Assembly (NCBI GenBank): GCA_963723005.1
Contig: CAVRPA010000004.1
Location: 13,053 to 77,052 of the forward strand
Direction of reading: 5' to 3'
DNA length: 64,000 bases
DNA from: an uncultured Acidobacteriota bacterium
GTDB lineage: Bacteria > Acidobacteriota > Vicinamibacteria > Vicinamibacterales > UBA2999
A program made the position numbers and the translations under genes. Positions 10,995-22,000 of the stretch are shown one piece after another (position 1 is the stretch's first letter; each line of letters begins with the position of its first letter). Under the pieces are notes generated by a model. The model made no database searches. It saw nothing but the letters and a program-made list of their open reading frames with translations, and had not been told where the DNA came from.

Positions 10995-11588
10995 TCACAC
11001 GTTGCTGGTGAGTTCCCGGTGCAGCCAGGCGCGCGCGAAAGCCCACTGACGTTTCACCGTCACGGGAGCCACGCCCAGCAACGTCGCCGTTTCGTCCACG
11101 GTGAGGCCGCCGAAGTAGCGCAGTTCCACGACCCGTGCCGGCGCCGGTGAGTGGGCGGCGAACCGGGTGAGCGCTTCGTCGAGGGCGATGAAATCGACCT
11201 GAAGGTCGATTCCTGCCGAGTGGGCATCGTTCAACTCGATCGGCGCCAGCCCCGCCCCCCGCTTCAGCGCCAGCCTGCGCCGGGCGTGATCGACGAGAAT
11301 CCGGCGCATGACCGTCGCCGCCGCCCCGTAGAAGTGGACGCGGTTGTTGAAGCCTGCGCCGCTCTGCTGGGCGAGCCGGAGGTAGGCCTCGTGCACCAGC
11401 GCGGTTGGCTGCAGGGTGTGTCCGTTCCGTTCGTGCTGAAGGTAATGGTCGGCCAGCTGCCGCAACTCGGCGTAGACGAGCGGCACGAGCTCGTCGAAGG
11501 CGCGGGCATCGCCGTCGCGCCATTGGGCCAGGAGGTGGGTGACGTCGGACACAGTCGGGGTAGCTCCGCCAGAGTCTACGCCATCCAC
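10995..11588 (-). CDS. ECF-type RNA polymerase sigma factor of the kinase-associated family
   Basis: 197-aa ORF. N-terminal signature DVTHLLAQWRDGDARAFDELVPLVYAELRQLA, region 2 HEAYLRL, region 4 VVELRYFGGLTVDETATLLGVAPVTVKRQW. No anti-sigma gene is adjacent; a kinase gene follows 44 bp downstream. Confidence 0.85.
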   Translation of the reverse strand: MDGVDSGGATPTVSDVTHLLAQWRDGDARAFDELVPLVYAELRQLADHYLQHERNGHTLQPTALVHEAYLRLAQQSGAGFNNRVHFYGAAATVMRRILVDHARRRLALKRGAGLAPIELNDAHSAGIDLQVDFIALDEALTRFAAHSPAPARVVELRYFGGLTVDETATLLGVAPVTVKRQWAFARAWLHRELTSNV

Positions 11589-11641
11589 CCGGCCCCAAAT
11601 GCCAATGAGACCGTCCGGCCGCTTTCTGCGCCAGGTCCAAC

Positions 11642-14600
11642 ATGTTGAGATCCGGGCGCACCCTTGTCACGCTGCTGCTCCTTGCGGCCCTGCCCGGGCC
11701 CTGGCAGCCGGCGGCTTTCGCGCAACAGGTCTGCGTGCGGACCCCTGGGTACTGGCAGACGCATCCTGCTGAATGGCGCGCCCCGGCCCTGGTGCTTGGC
11801 CGGGCCAACTACCCGTCCCACGTCTACGTGCAGGCGCAACTGCTGGACCTGCTGCGGCTGCAGGCTAAAGGCGACGCCAGCGTCATCCTGGCCACTCAGC
11901 TGATTGCGGCGAAACTGAACGTTGCGGGCGGCGCCAGTCCGCTTCCGGTGGCGCAGGCCGTGACGCGCGCCGATGCGCTGCTCGGCGCCTTTGTCTCAAC
12001 GCTGCCGTACCGTACCAAAACCAACACGCCCATCGGGGCCGACATGGTGACGACGGCCGACCTGCTTGCCGCGTATAACCGGGGAGAGCTGCCCGGTTCC
12101 TGCGGCGCCGGCAATACCCCCCCCATCGCTCAGGCCGGGCGCGACCAGTCCGTGGCGCTCGGCAGTCTTGTCACGCTCGATGGAAGCGGATCCACCGACG
12201 CCGACGGTCAGCAGCTGACCTTCGCGTGGTCGTTCTCGTCGCGGCCGTCTGGGAGCGCGGCGGCGCTGTCGTCACCAACGGCGGTGATGCCGACCTTTAC
12301 TGCCGATCGACCCGGCACCTATTCGCTGCGGCTCGTCGTCAACGATGGCCAGGCGAGCAGCACGCCCGACGTTGTCGAGATCTCCACGCTCAACTCGAGC
12401 CCGATCGCTGACGCCGGGCCGGATCAGTCGGTTCCCGTCGGCACGTCGGTGCAGGTCAATGGTGTCGCGTCGAGCGATCCGGACGGGGATTCGCTCACCT
12501 ACGCCTGGTCGCTGCTGTCCGGTCCTGCGGGCACGCAGGCAACTCTCACGAATCCCGCCGCCGTGGCGCCTTCATTCGTAGTCGATGCGCCAGGCAACTT
12601 CATCCTCCAGTTGATCGTCGCAGACCCGGGCGGATTGCAGAGCGCGCCAGACGTGGTCACCGTGTCCACCGCGAACTCGCCCCCGGTGGCGCATGCAGGC
12701 GCCGACACAACGGCGGTGCTCGGCGCCGCAGTAACGCTCGACGGCTCCACGTCGACAGACGTCGACGGCAACCCGCTGACCTTCGCCTGGACGTTCACGT
12801 CGCTACCGGACGGCAGCGTCGCGACCTTGACCAATCCATCTTCCGCCACGCCGACCTTCACCATTGACGTGTCCGGTGTCTACGTGGTGCAGCTGATCGT
12901 GAACGACGGCACGGTTGCCAGCGCACCGGACACCGTGGTGGTGGCGACGACGAACTCCCGGCCCGTCGCTCGCGCGGGCCCGGACCGGGACGCCATCGTC
13001 GGCGTCGGTGTCACGCTCGACGGCAGCGGCTCAACCGATGTTGACGGCGCAGCCGTTGACGTATCTCTGGGCGCTGACGGCTCGGCCCGTCGGCAGCACC
13101 GCAGCGTTGTCCGACAACACCGCCGTGATGCCGGCGCTCGTGCCCGATCTTCCGGGCACTTATGTCGCGCAGCTGATCGTGAACGACGGCACGCTCGACA
13201 GCGATGCCGACACCGTCACCATCACCACGGCGGCGCCTTCGAACCGGGCGCCGGTTGCGAATGCCGGGCCTGATGCGACGGTCCCGCTCGCCGCCATCGT
13301 TCAACTCGACGGCGGAGGCTCGAGCGATCCGGATGGCGACGGGCTGTCGTACCGCTGGTCGCTCGTGACCCGGCCCGCGGGCAGCGCCGCGCAGCTCACC
13401 GCGACGGACATCGCGGCGCCGACATTTGTCGCGGATCGCGCCGGCACCTACGTCGCTCAGCTGATCGTCCGGGACGGGCAGGTAGACAGCGCGCCCGACA
13501 CCGTGACCATCTCCACCGGGAACTCGATGCCGGTGGCGCTCGCTGGTGTGGACCAAACGGTGGCGCGGCAATCGACCGTACAGCTCGATGGCGGCGGATC
13601 GAGCGACGCCGACGGCGGCGTCCTGCTCTACTCATGGTCGCTGCTGTCCCGGCCGGCCGGCAGCACGGCCACGCTGTCGAACCTGACGATCGTGAATCCG
13701 ACGTTCGTGGCCGATCTCGACGGTGTCTACGTGGCGCAGCTGACCGTCTCGGACGGCTCGCTGGTGAGTGCGCCCGATACCGTGGCCATTACCGCCGGCC
13801 CCGGAGCGGATCTCAGCGATCACGATGCCGGTGGTTCCCTCCACGCAGTCACCGGGAAGCCAGAGTCGGCTGGTACGTCTGATGTGGAGAACCTCGGCCC
13901 GTTCGCCGCGGAGCAGGTGACCGTTCATGCCCCCGTGCCGGCGGGGTACACGCTGATCGGCTTCGACACGAGCGGCAATGGGATATGGGACCCGGCGACC
14001 GGCATCTGGACGATCGGAACGGTGGCCGCATGCGACCTTGAAGCGACTGGTGATTGAGCGCGACAGTCAACACTCACCGGGCCTTACGACCTGAGCGCGA
14101 GAATCACCAACAGCAGCGCGCCTGATCCCGACCTCGCCAACAACACGGCCAGCGCCATCGTCACCCCGAATCGCAATGCGGACCTCCGCGCGTCGTTCCA
14201 CAACTTCAGCCCCGGAACCCGGAGCCCGGGTGAGGTCATCGGGATGCTGTTCGACGTGTACAACGATGGACCCTCTATCGCGACCGATATCGTGGCATCG
14301 TTCGCCATTCCGGCGGGCTTCACCATCGTCTCGGCCAGCGTCAGCCACGGGACCTACGACGGCGCCACCGGGGTGTGGACGATCGGCGACTCGCCGCGTG
14401 GCCGACCGGCAAGGCTGACCCTCAACCTGCGGGTCAATGCCACCGGTTCGATCGATCTGCGGGGGGCCATCACCGGCAGCAGCCAACCCGATCCCAATCT
14501 GGCCAACAACGTCATCGTTCCGGAGCGAATCAACCGGCCGCCGGTCGCGAATGCGGGCGCCGACCAGGCAGTCAGCACCAACGGCGCCGTCCTGCTCGAT

Positions 14601-17600
14601 GGCAGCGGCTCGTTCGACGCCGATGGCGACCCGGTCACCTTCGAGTGGACATTCACCCTGCGGCCGATCAATAGCGCCGCCACGTTCGCCGGCGCGGCGG
14701 CGGCCGCGACGTCGTTCGTTCCCGACCAGGGAGGCCGCTACGTCGCGCAGCTGCGCCTGCGCGACAGCTTCGGCGTGTTCAGCGTGCCGGACACGGCCAC
14801 GATCACCGCCGCCGTCACGAATCGCTCGCCGCTGTTCGCGTCCTCGCCGGTGACCGTCGCGGCGGTCGGGCAGGCCTATCGATATGCCGTCGCGGTGTCC
14901 GATCCCGATGCCGGCGACGCGCTCGTGCTCTCGCTGGTCAACGCGCCAGCAGGCATGGCCATCGATCCTGTAACGGGAGTCATCACGTGGACCCCTGGCG
15001 CCGGCCAGGGCGGACCGCAGCCGGTCACGGTCCGCGTGCAGGACACGGCGGGCCTGTTCGTGACGCAGGCCTTCACGATCCAGGTCTCCTCGTCGGCCAA
15101 CGGCGCACCGGTGGCGGCGGACGACCACTACAGCGTTCGCATCGGCGAGTCGCTGGGGGTGAGTGCGCCTGGCCTGACGGCGAACGACACCGACGAGAGC
15201 CCGCTGACCGCAACGCTGGTCTCGCCGCCCGGCAACGGCACGGTGAGCCTGAATCCCGACGGCTCGTTCACCTACACGCCACACACGCTGCAGCCCGGCG
15301 AGCTCGTTCTCGCGGAGAACGTCAACCTTGCCGCCCGCGTGCCCGGCGTGACGGTCAGCGGCGGCGGATGCCCGGCCTGCGCGGTGGACGAGGACAACTC
15401 GACGAAGTGGGACGCGTTCAGTGGGACGCTCCAGATTCAGTTCCCGTCCGACGTCACCGTGAGCCAGTTGCGGCTGGTGGGCACGCGGATACTCAATACG
15501 GAGCGGACCACCGCGGGCCGCTTCGAACTGCTCGGTGCCAACGACGTCATCCGCTACGCCAGCGGGCCCGTGGAGATTCCCGGGCCGCTCTTCGACGCCA
15601 CGCTCGTGTTGCCAAATCTCACCGGAGTGCGCCGGGTGCGCTTCACGCCGACGGCCACGACGGGCAACTTTCACTTCACGGGTATCTCGGAGCTGAAAGT
15701 CATCGGCTCGGCGCTCATCGAGCGGCGCGCCGTACGTCGAGCCGAACCTCGTGCAGCGGTTGCCGGCGACAGTCACGGCGTCGAGCGAGGCTGGGTTCAA
15801 CCTCAAGGAGGGGCTGACGGACGACAGCATCCTCACCAACTGGTACTCCAGCTGGCACGCCCGGCGAGTTCGTCGAGATCACCTTCCCGGTCGAGGTCAC
15901 CGTCACCGAAATTCGTGAGCTCGAACCCGCAGGCGCGTCCCGACGGGTTCGGAAGCTCGACGGGCATTCAGTGCTCCGGCAGTTTCGTGCTCCTCGACGC
16001 CACGCGGGCCGTGCTGTTCGACAGTGGTGTGGTGAACGCGCCCTCCGGACCCCTTGGTGCCGACAACATCTTCTCGCTCACCGTCCCGACGGTCGCCGGC
16101 GTGCGACACCTGCGCTACACCATGGCTTCCTGCGCCGGATCGGCGTGGCCCGTCGGTTTCGCGGAGATTCGCGTCCGCGGAACGGCCGACGTCACGACGC
16201 CGGCGTTCCAGCTCGGCAAGAAGTTTCAGGCGCTCCAGGGCCGCGAGGCGCATTCGACGCCGATCGTCGTCAACCTCACCGACGACAACGGCGACGGCCT
16301 GATCAACGCCGCGGACATCCCCGACATCGTCGTGCCCGTCGAAGCCCTGACCAACCAGCTGCGCGGCGAGATCAAGGCGCATCAGCGGGGCGGACGGCAC
16401 CGAGCTCTTCACCGCCGGTGGTCCCGACCTCGTGTCGCCCTGGTCGGAGCTGGCAGCCGGCGACATCGACGGCGACGGCCGCCCCGAAATCGTCGCCGTG
16501 CACAGCGATGGCAACCACCTGATCGCGTTCGAGCACACCGGCGCGCCAAAGTGGATCAGCGATGCGAATGCGATGCCGCGGTTCGGCACGCAGTTCGTGG
16601 GCGGAGCGGTGTCGATTGCCAATCTCGACGGCGCGGGCGCGCCCGAGATCATCGTCGGCGCCTCGGTGTTCGACGCGAACGGGCGGCTGCTTGGCGACGG
16701 CCGCACACTCGGCGGCACGACGGGTGGCATCAACCTGCGCTCCGCGATCTCCGCGGTGGCGGACATCGATCTGGACGGCGTCCCGGAGATCGTCGCCGGC
16801 CCGACCGCCTACCGGCTGTCGGGGGGCGCGCTGTCGATCGTCTGGCGGAGAACCGACCGGCCGGACGGCTACGTGGCGATCGCCAACCTGGACGACGACC
16901 CCGAGGCCGAGATCGTCAACGTCGCCAACGGCGTCGTCTACGTGCTCAATCACGATGGCAGCGACCACCAGGGGTGGAACGCGCCGACGCATGCACCCGT
17001 GCCGCTCCCGGGCGGGGGCATGGGCGGCGCGCCGCTGATCGTGGACGTGGACGGTGACGGCGCGCCGGAGATCGGCGTCGCGGCCGCCGGCCACTTCGTC
17101 CTGTTCAACCGCGACGGCGGCGTGCGCTGGCGAAGTGCGCATCAGCGACCGCACGTCGAACTCCACCGGCGCGGTTGCGTTCGACCTCAACGGCGACGGA
17201 CAGGTCGAGATCATCTACCGCGACGAGTTCTTCCTTCGCATCTACCGCGGCGCCGACGGCGTGCTGCTGGCCAGGACGCCGGTGGGCTCGGCGACGTGGG
17301 CCGAGGAGCCGGTCGTCGCCGACGTCGACAACGACGGCCACGCCGACATCATCGTCTCGTCCGATCTACTTCCAGCAGCGGTCATCGCCGACACCGGCCT
17401 CATCGTCTTCAAGGACGTCGCCAACAAGTGGAAGCGGACGCGGCGGATCTGGAACCAGCACGGCTATCACGTCACCAACGTCAATGAGGATGCGACGATT
17501 CCCGAACAGGAGACGGCGCACTGGCTGGTGCCGATGCTGAACGGGTTCCGGACGAACGCGTTCGTCCCCGGCGAATCCGAGGACGCCACCGACAGCTTCA

Positions 17601-19008
17601 CCTACGTGGCCTCGGATGGCGTGCTGCAGTCGAACGCGGCGACGGTGCACATCGACATGCGGCCGGTAAACGCGCCTCCCAGCTTCACCTCGAGCGCCGT
17701 GACGACGGCCGCCCGGCGGCGTGGCCTACGGGTATCCGGCGCGCGCCGCGGACCCCGATGCAGGCGACATGCTGACGTTCTCGCTGCCGACGGCGCCAGG
17801 CGGAATGACGATCGACCCGGCGTCTGGCCTGATTCGATGGACGCCGGACCTGTCGCAACAGGGCGCGCACGACGTCGTGGTGAAGGTCGAGGACACGCAG
17901 GGACTGTTCGCGTTGCAGGGCTACAGCCTGCAAGTGGGCGAACCAGTGGCGGTCCCCGCCGTGACGGGCCTGGCGCAGGCCACGGCCGAGGGTGTCCATC
18001 GTGTCGGCAGCCCTTGCCGTCGGCGGAATCAGCTCTCGGAACAGCCCGACGGTGGCTGCCGGGTTGGTGCTGCTGCAGAATCCGGCGGCGGGAACGCTGG
18101 TCGCGCCCGGGTCGCCGGTCAGCCTGACGATCTCGAATGGGCCCGCTCCGGTCGGCACCGTCCCCGACCTCGTCGGACGGACGCAGTCCGCGGCGCAGGC
18201 CGACATCCTGGCCGCGCAGTTCATCCTGGGCGCGATCACCGGCCAGAGCAGCGCCGCCATACCGGCCGGTGTCGTCATGGCGCAGGCCCCGGCAGCCGGC
18301 ACGACTGCGGCTTCAGGCTCGCCCATCACACTCGTGGTGTCGCTCGGGCCGCCGCCCGGCTCGCTCGATTTCGACCACGACGGATACACCGGCGATCAGG
18401 GCGACTGCAACGATACGAACGCCGCGATTCAACCCCGGCGCGGTCGACATCCCCGGCGACGGCATCGACCAGAACTGCAACGGCGTGGATTCGATCGCCG
18501 GCGACAACACGCCGCCGACCGCGGTTCTCACGAGCCCGATCGATCTCGCGGAGGTCACCATGCCCACCGACATCGTCGGCACGGTGACCGATGCCAATCT
18601 CCTGCGCTACACGCTCACGTTGGCGGAGGTGGACTCGACGACATTCACGACGATTGGCTCCGGCACGGCCCCGGTGACGACGGGCGTGGTTGGCCGGATC
18701 GATCCGACGCAGCTCGAGAACGGGCTCTACCGCGTGCGGCTCATTGCGGAGGACGTGAACGGGCGGACGGCGGTGGACGAGCGCGTCTACTCCGTGACCG
18801 GCGAGGCTAAAGTCGGGCTGTTTGGCCTGTCGTTCGTCGACGTGCGTGTGCCGGTGTCGGGTATTCCCATCACCGTGCTGCGCAGCTACGACAGCCGCGT
18901 CAAAGACCCAGAGAGACTTCGGCGTCGGCTGGACGACTGCAGGTCAGGGCCGGTCGCTACCGGAACAACCGCGCCCCAGGGGAGGGCTGGATCATCCAGG
19001 ATCGTCCG
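11642..19008 (+). pseudogene. N-terminal two-thirds of a giant secreted multidomain protein, frame-disrupted (about 14 breaks); continues into the RHS ORF at 19009
   Basis: Signal peptide MLRSGRTLVTLLLLAALPGPWQPAAFAQQ. Six tandem PKD-like units, plus a seventh separated copy (PVANAGADQAV, near 14540) after the DUF11-like domains. Two DUF11-like domains (SSAPDPDLANN, SSQPDPNLANN). Two cadherin-like He_PIG units (DPDAGDALVLSLVNAPAGMAIDPVTGVITWTP). Two discoidin-like units (DEDNSTKWDAF...VSQLRLVG). A 7-blade FG-GAP/VCBS propeller (DIDGDGRPEIVAV ... DVDNDGHADIIVS). Two PASTA-like units (VPDLVGRTQSAAQADIL...GSPITLVVSLGP). A DCND...NCNG Cys motif. Segments lie in ORFs 11642..13273, 12915..14057, 14244..17057, 16432..17487, 17054..18127, 17721..18587, 17992..18810, 18137..19267 and 18822..19712. 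Confidence 0.75.
12118..13805 (+). repeat. six tandem ~93-aa (~280-bp) PKD-like coding repeats inside the giant gene
   Basis: Units start at P[IV]AxAGxDQSV-like motifs near 12118, 12400, 12680, 12960, 13250 and 13530. Each carries V.LDGSGS.D.DG..L.Y.W......GS.A.L.......P.F..D..G.Y...L.V.DG. Confidence 0.8.
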
Positions 19009-22000
19009 TTGCTCAACGAGCTCCTCCCCTGCGTCGGCGGATCGCTGGAGACACGGTCGCATCTCACCGAGGTTCGCCTTTCCGACCGCGAGTTCTACAA
19101 GTTCGCCCTCCGCGTCGAGAACGGGAACATCGGAATTACGGGCGCCTGCGAAGGCGTCGCACGCTTCCAGTTCCTCGACGGGACGCTGCCGGGTGCGACG
19201 CTGCAGATCCTCGATGGCACTCGCGTCATCTATCTGCGCGCTGGCCCCGACCAGCTCCTCGACATGAACGATTTCCTGGACGGCGTGGAGCGCATCTACG
19301 AGCCCCGCCGCGTCCGGCTGACGACCATCGACGGGCGCCGCATCGACCTGACGCTCGCGAGCGGCATCGAGCGGATCGAGGACAACAACGGCAACGCACT
19401 GTCGATCACCGACGCGGGCATCGTGCACAGCTCGGGTCGCAGCGTTGCCTTCACGCGGGATGCACGCGGCCGACTCTCGCGCATCACCGATCCGCTCGGC
19501 CACACGGTGGAGTACACCTACACGGCGGACGACCTCACCGCCGTGACCGATCAGTCGGGTGCGGTCACGACCTTCGCATACGACAGTCTGCACAACCTCG
19601 TCGAGATGCACGATCCGCTCGGCAACCGGGCGGTGCTGGCCGAATACGATGCCGGCGGCCGGCTGGTTGCCATCACCGATGCGCGGGGCGCGCGCACCGA
19701 GTTCACCCATGACATCACCGGCCGGGAGGAGATCATCACCGACGGGCTCGGCCGAGCCACCCGCGTGGTGTACGACGACCAGGGCTACGTCGCGTCGAAG
19801 GAGACGTCGGTGACCATCGACGGCACCGCTGTCGTGGCACGGACCCAGTACCAGCACGACGCGAGGGGTCACGAGACGGTCGTTGTGGATCCCGACGGCA
19901 TCCGTGCCGAGGGTACTTACGACCAGGTCAACCTGCTCGAGGAGGTCGTCGACCCCGCGGGCCTGGCGCTGCGCACCGTGCGCACCTACGACGCACGCGG
20001 CGAGGTCCTGACGCAGACGGACCCGGCCGGGAGCGTTTTCTCGTTCGCCTACGACAGCCGCGGCAACCTGACGGGATTGAGCGCTGCCGCGGGCGGTGTG
20101 ACCAACATCGCCTACGACGCGGCCGGCCAGCCGGTCTCCGCCGCCGACGCACTGGGAAACCGCCGCCGGCTGAGCTACGACTCGTCGGGTCGGGTCTTGC
20201 GGGAGGAACAGCTCGATCCAGGGGGTGTGGTCCTCACGCGAACCGATTACACCTACGACGCGAACAGCAACCGCCTCACCCGCACCGAGCTGCGCACGCT
20301 GGACGGGGTCCAGCGGCTGCTGACGACGCGCTTCGCCTACGACGAACGCAACCGACTGATCGCCAGCACCGACCCGCTCGGCGGTGTGACCAGGATCGAA
20401 TACAACGACGTGGGCCTGCAGAGGGCACAGGTGGACGCCCTGGGCCGGCGCACCGCGTTCACCTACGACGAGGTTGGCGCGCTCACCCGAACGGACTTCG
20501 CTGATGGGACGTTCGAGACCCGGACATACGATACGGTCGGCAACCTCGCCAGCGTGCGGGATCGCGCCGGCCGCACGACCACGTTCGGGTACGACGAGCT
20601 GAAGCGGCGGATCATGGTCACGCGACCCGACGGCACCTCCACACGCACCGTCTACACAGCCGCCGGACGTGTGCGCGCGGTGATCGACGGCCGCGGCAAC
20701 CGAACCGACCACGATCACGACGGTGCAGGTCGGCGGACCCGCACCACGCAGCCGGCGGTGATCGACGCGGCGACGGGGCTGACACGTCGGCCGGAGATTG
20801 GCTACGAATACGACGACGCCGGTCGCATCACGGCGACGACCGACAGCAACGGTCATCGCACGACGTTCGCCTACGACGCGATGGGCCGGCTCACCGGCCG
20901 CGCCTATGCCGACGGCACATCTCTCCAGGCGGGCTACGACGTCGTCGGCCGGCTCATCGAACAGCGCGACGAATCGGGACGCCTGACTCGTCTCGGCTAC
21001 GATGCGCTGGGCCGTCTGACCCGGCTGACCGACGCGCTCGGTGGCGTCACCACCTACAGCTACGACGAGGCAGGACGCCCGAGCACGCAGCGTGACGCGC
21101 TGGGCCGCATCACCGGGTTCGAGCGAGACGAGCTCGGCCGGCTCACCGTCCGGCGGCTGCCCGGCGGTGGCGTGGAAACCTACTCCTACGACGCGGTGGG
21201 CAACGCGAGGGCCCACACCGACTTCAACGGCACGACGGTGCTCTTCGCCTACGATGCGATGGACCGTCTCGTCCGCCGGACCTATCCGGGCGGCGTCGAG
21301 AACACCTTCACCTACACCCCGACTGGTCAGCGGGCCACCGCGACCGACCCGCGGGGGACCACCACCTACGCTTACAGTGCAACCGACCAGCTGACGCAGG
21401 TCACTCATCCCGGCGGCGAGACCATCCAGTACGCGTACGACGCCGACGGCAATCTGGGCCGTTTCGAGACCGGGTCGGCGACGGTCAATTACGCACACGA
21501 CGCGTTGAACCGCATCGTCAGCCTTGCTGCGGTCACGAATGGCGCACCGCTCGGGACCGTCCAGTTCGGCTACGACGCCGCCGGCAACGTCCTCGAACAA
21601 GTACGCCCGAACGGCGTCACCACGCGGATGTCCTACGACCTTCGCAACCGAGTCAACGCCATCACTCACATGGCCGGTGCCACGACCCTCGCGTCATTCA
21701 CCTATCAGCTCTCGCCTACGGGCCGAAGAACACAGGTGAACGAGGCGGGGGGCGGCGTCGTGCGCTACGGCTATGACGCACTCGACCGGTTGATCAGCGA
21801 GGTCCGTGACGGCAGCACCGCGGTGGGCTACGAGTACGACGCGATCGGCAACCGGACGCGGATGAACCGGAACGGCGCGACAACGAACTACACCTACGAC
21901 GTGGACGATCGACTGCTGTCGACCGGGGCGGCCAGTTATGCCTACGATGCCAACGGCAACCTGCTGTCGAGAACGATCGGTGGCGGTACCACCAGCTACG

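Noticed and set aside
8461-11808. 1115-aa ORF suggesting a much longer kinase.
   Set aside because: The upstream ~285 codons are Arg/Pro/Ala-rich, overlap the well-supported ECF sigma gene in another frame, and lack motifs. The GTG at 10950 with a GAGGAG RBS gives a conventional kinase N-terminus.
14055-14057. In-frame TGA between two same-frame ORFs considered as selenocysteine, read-through or a programmed recoding site.
   Set aside because: Homology to the adjacent DUF11-like domain is recovered only by three local frame changes around the TGA. No SECIS-like hairpin was evident, and the stop is a consequence of the shifts.
11642-14600. Hypervariable PKD-like repeats considered as a diversity-generating retroelement target.
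   Set aside because: I found no reverse transcriptase gene, no template/variable repeat pair with adenine-specific differences, and no accessory Avd-like ORF in the window.
18886-21669. 927-aa minus-strand ORF antisense to the RHS gene. Similar long antisense ORFs lie at 47182..49800, 50298..53369, 25807..27870, 14067..15839, 38524..40050, 40432..41787 and 57013..58467.
   Set aside because: Their compositions are Arg/Gly/Ala/Pro-rich and low in complexity, with no recognisable motifs. They lie opposite strongly supported genes. Open antisense frames are expected from GC3-rich codon usage in high-GC genomes.
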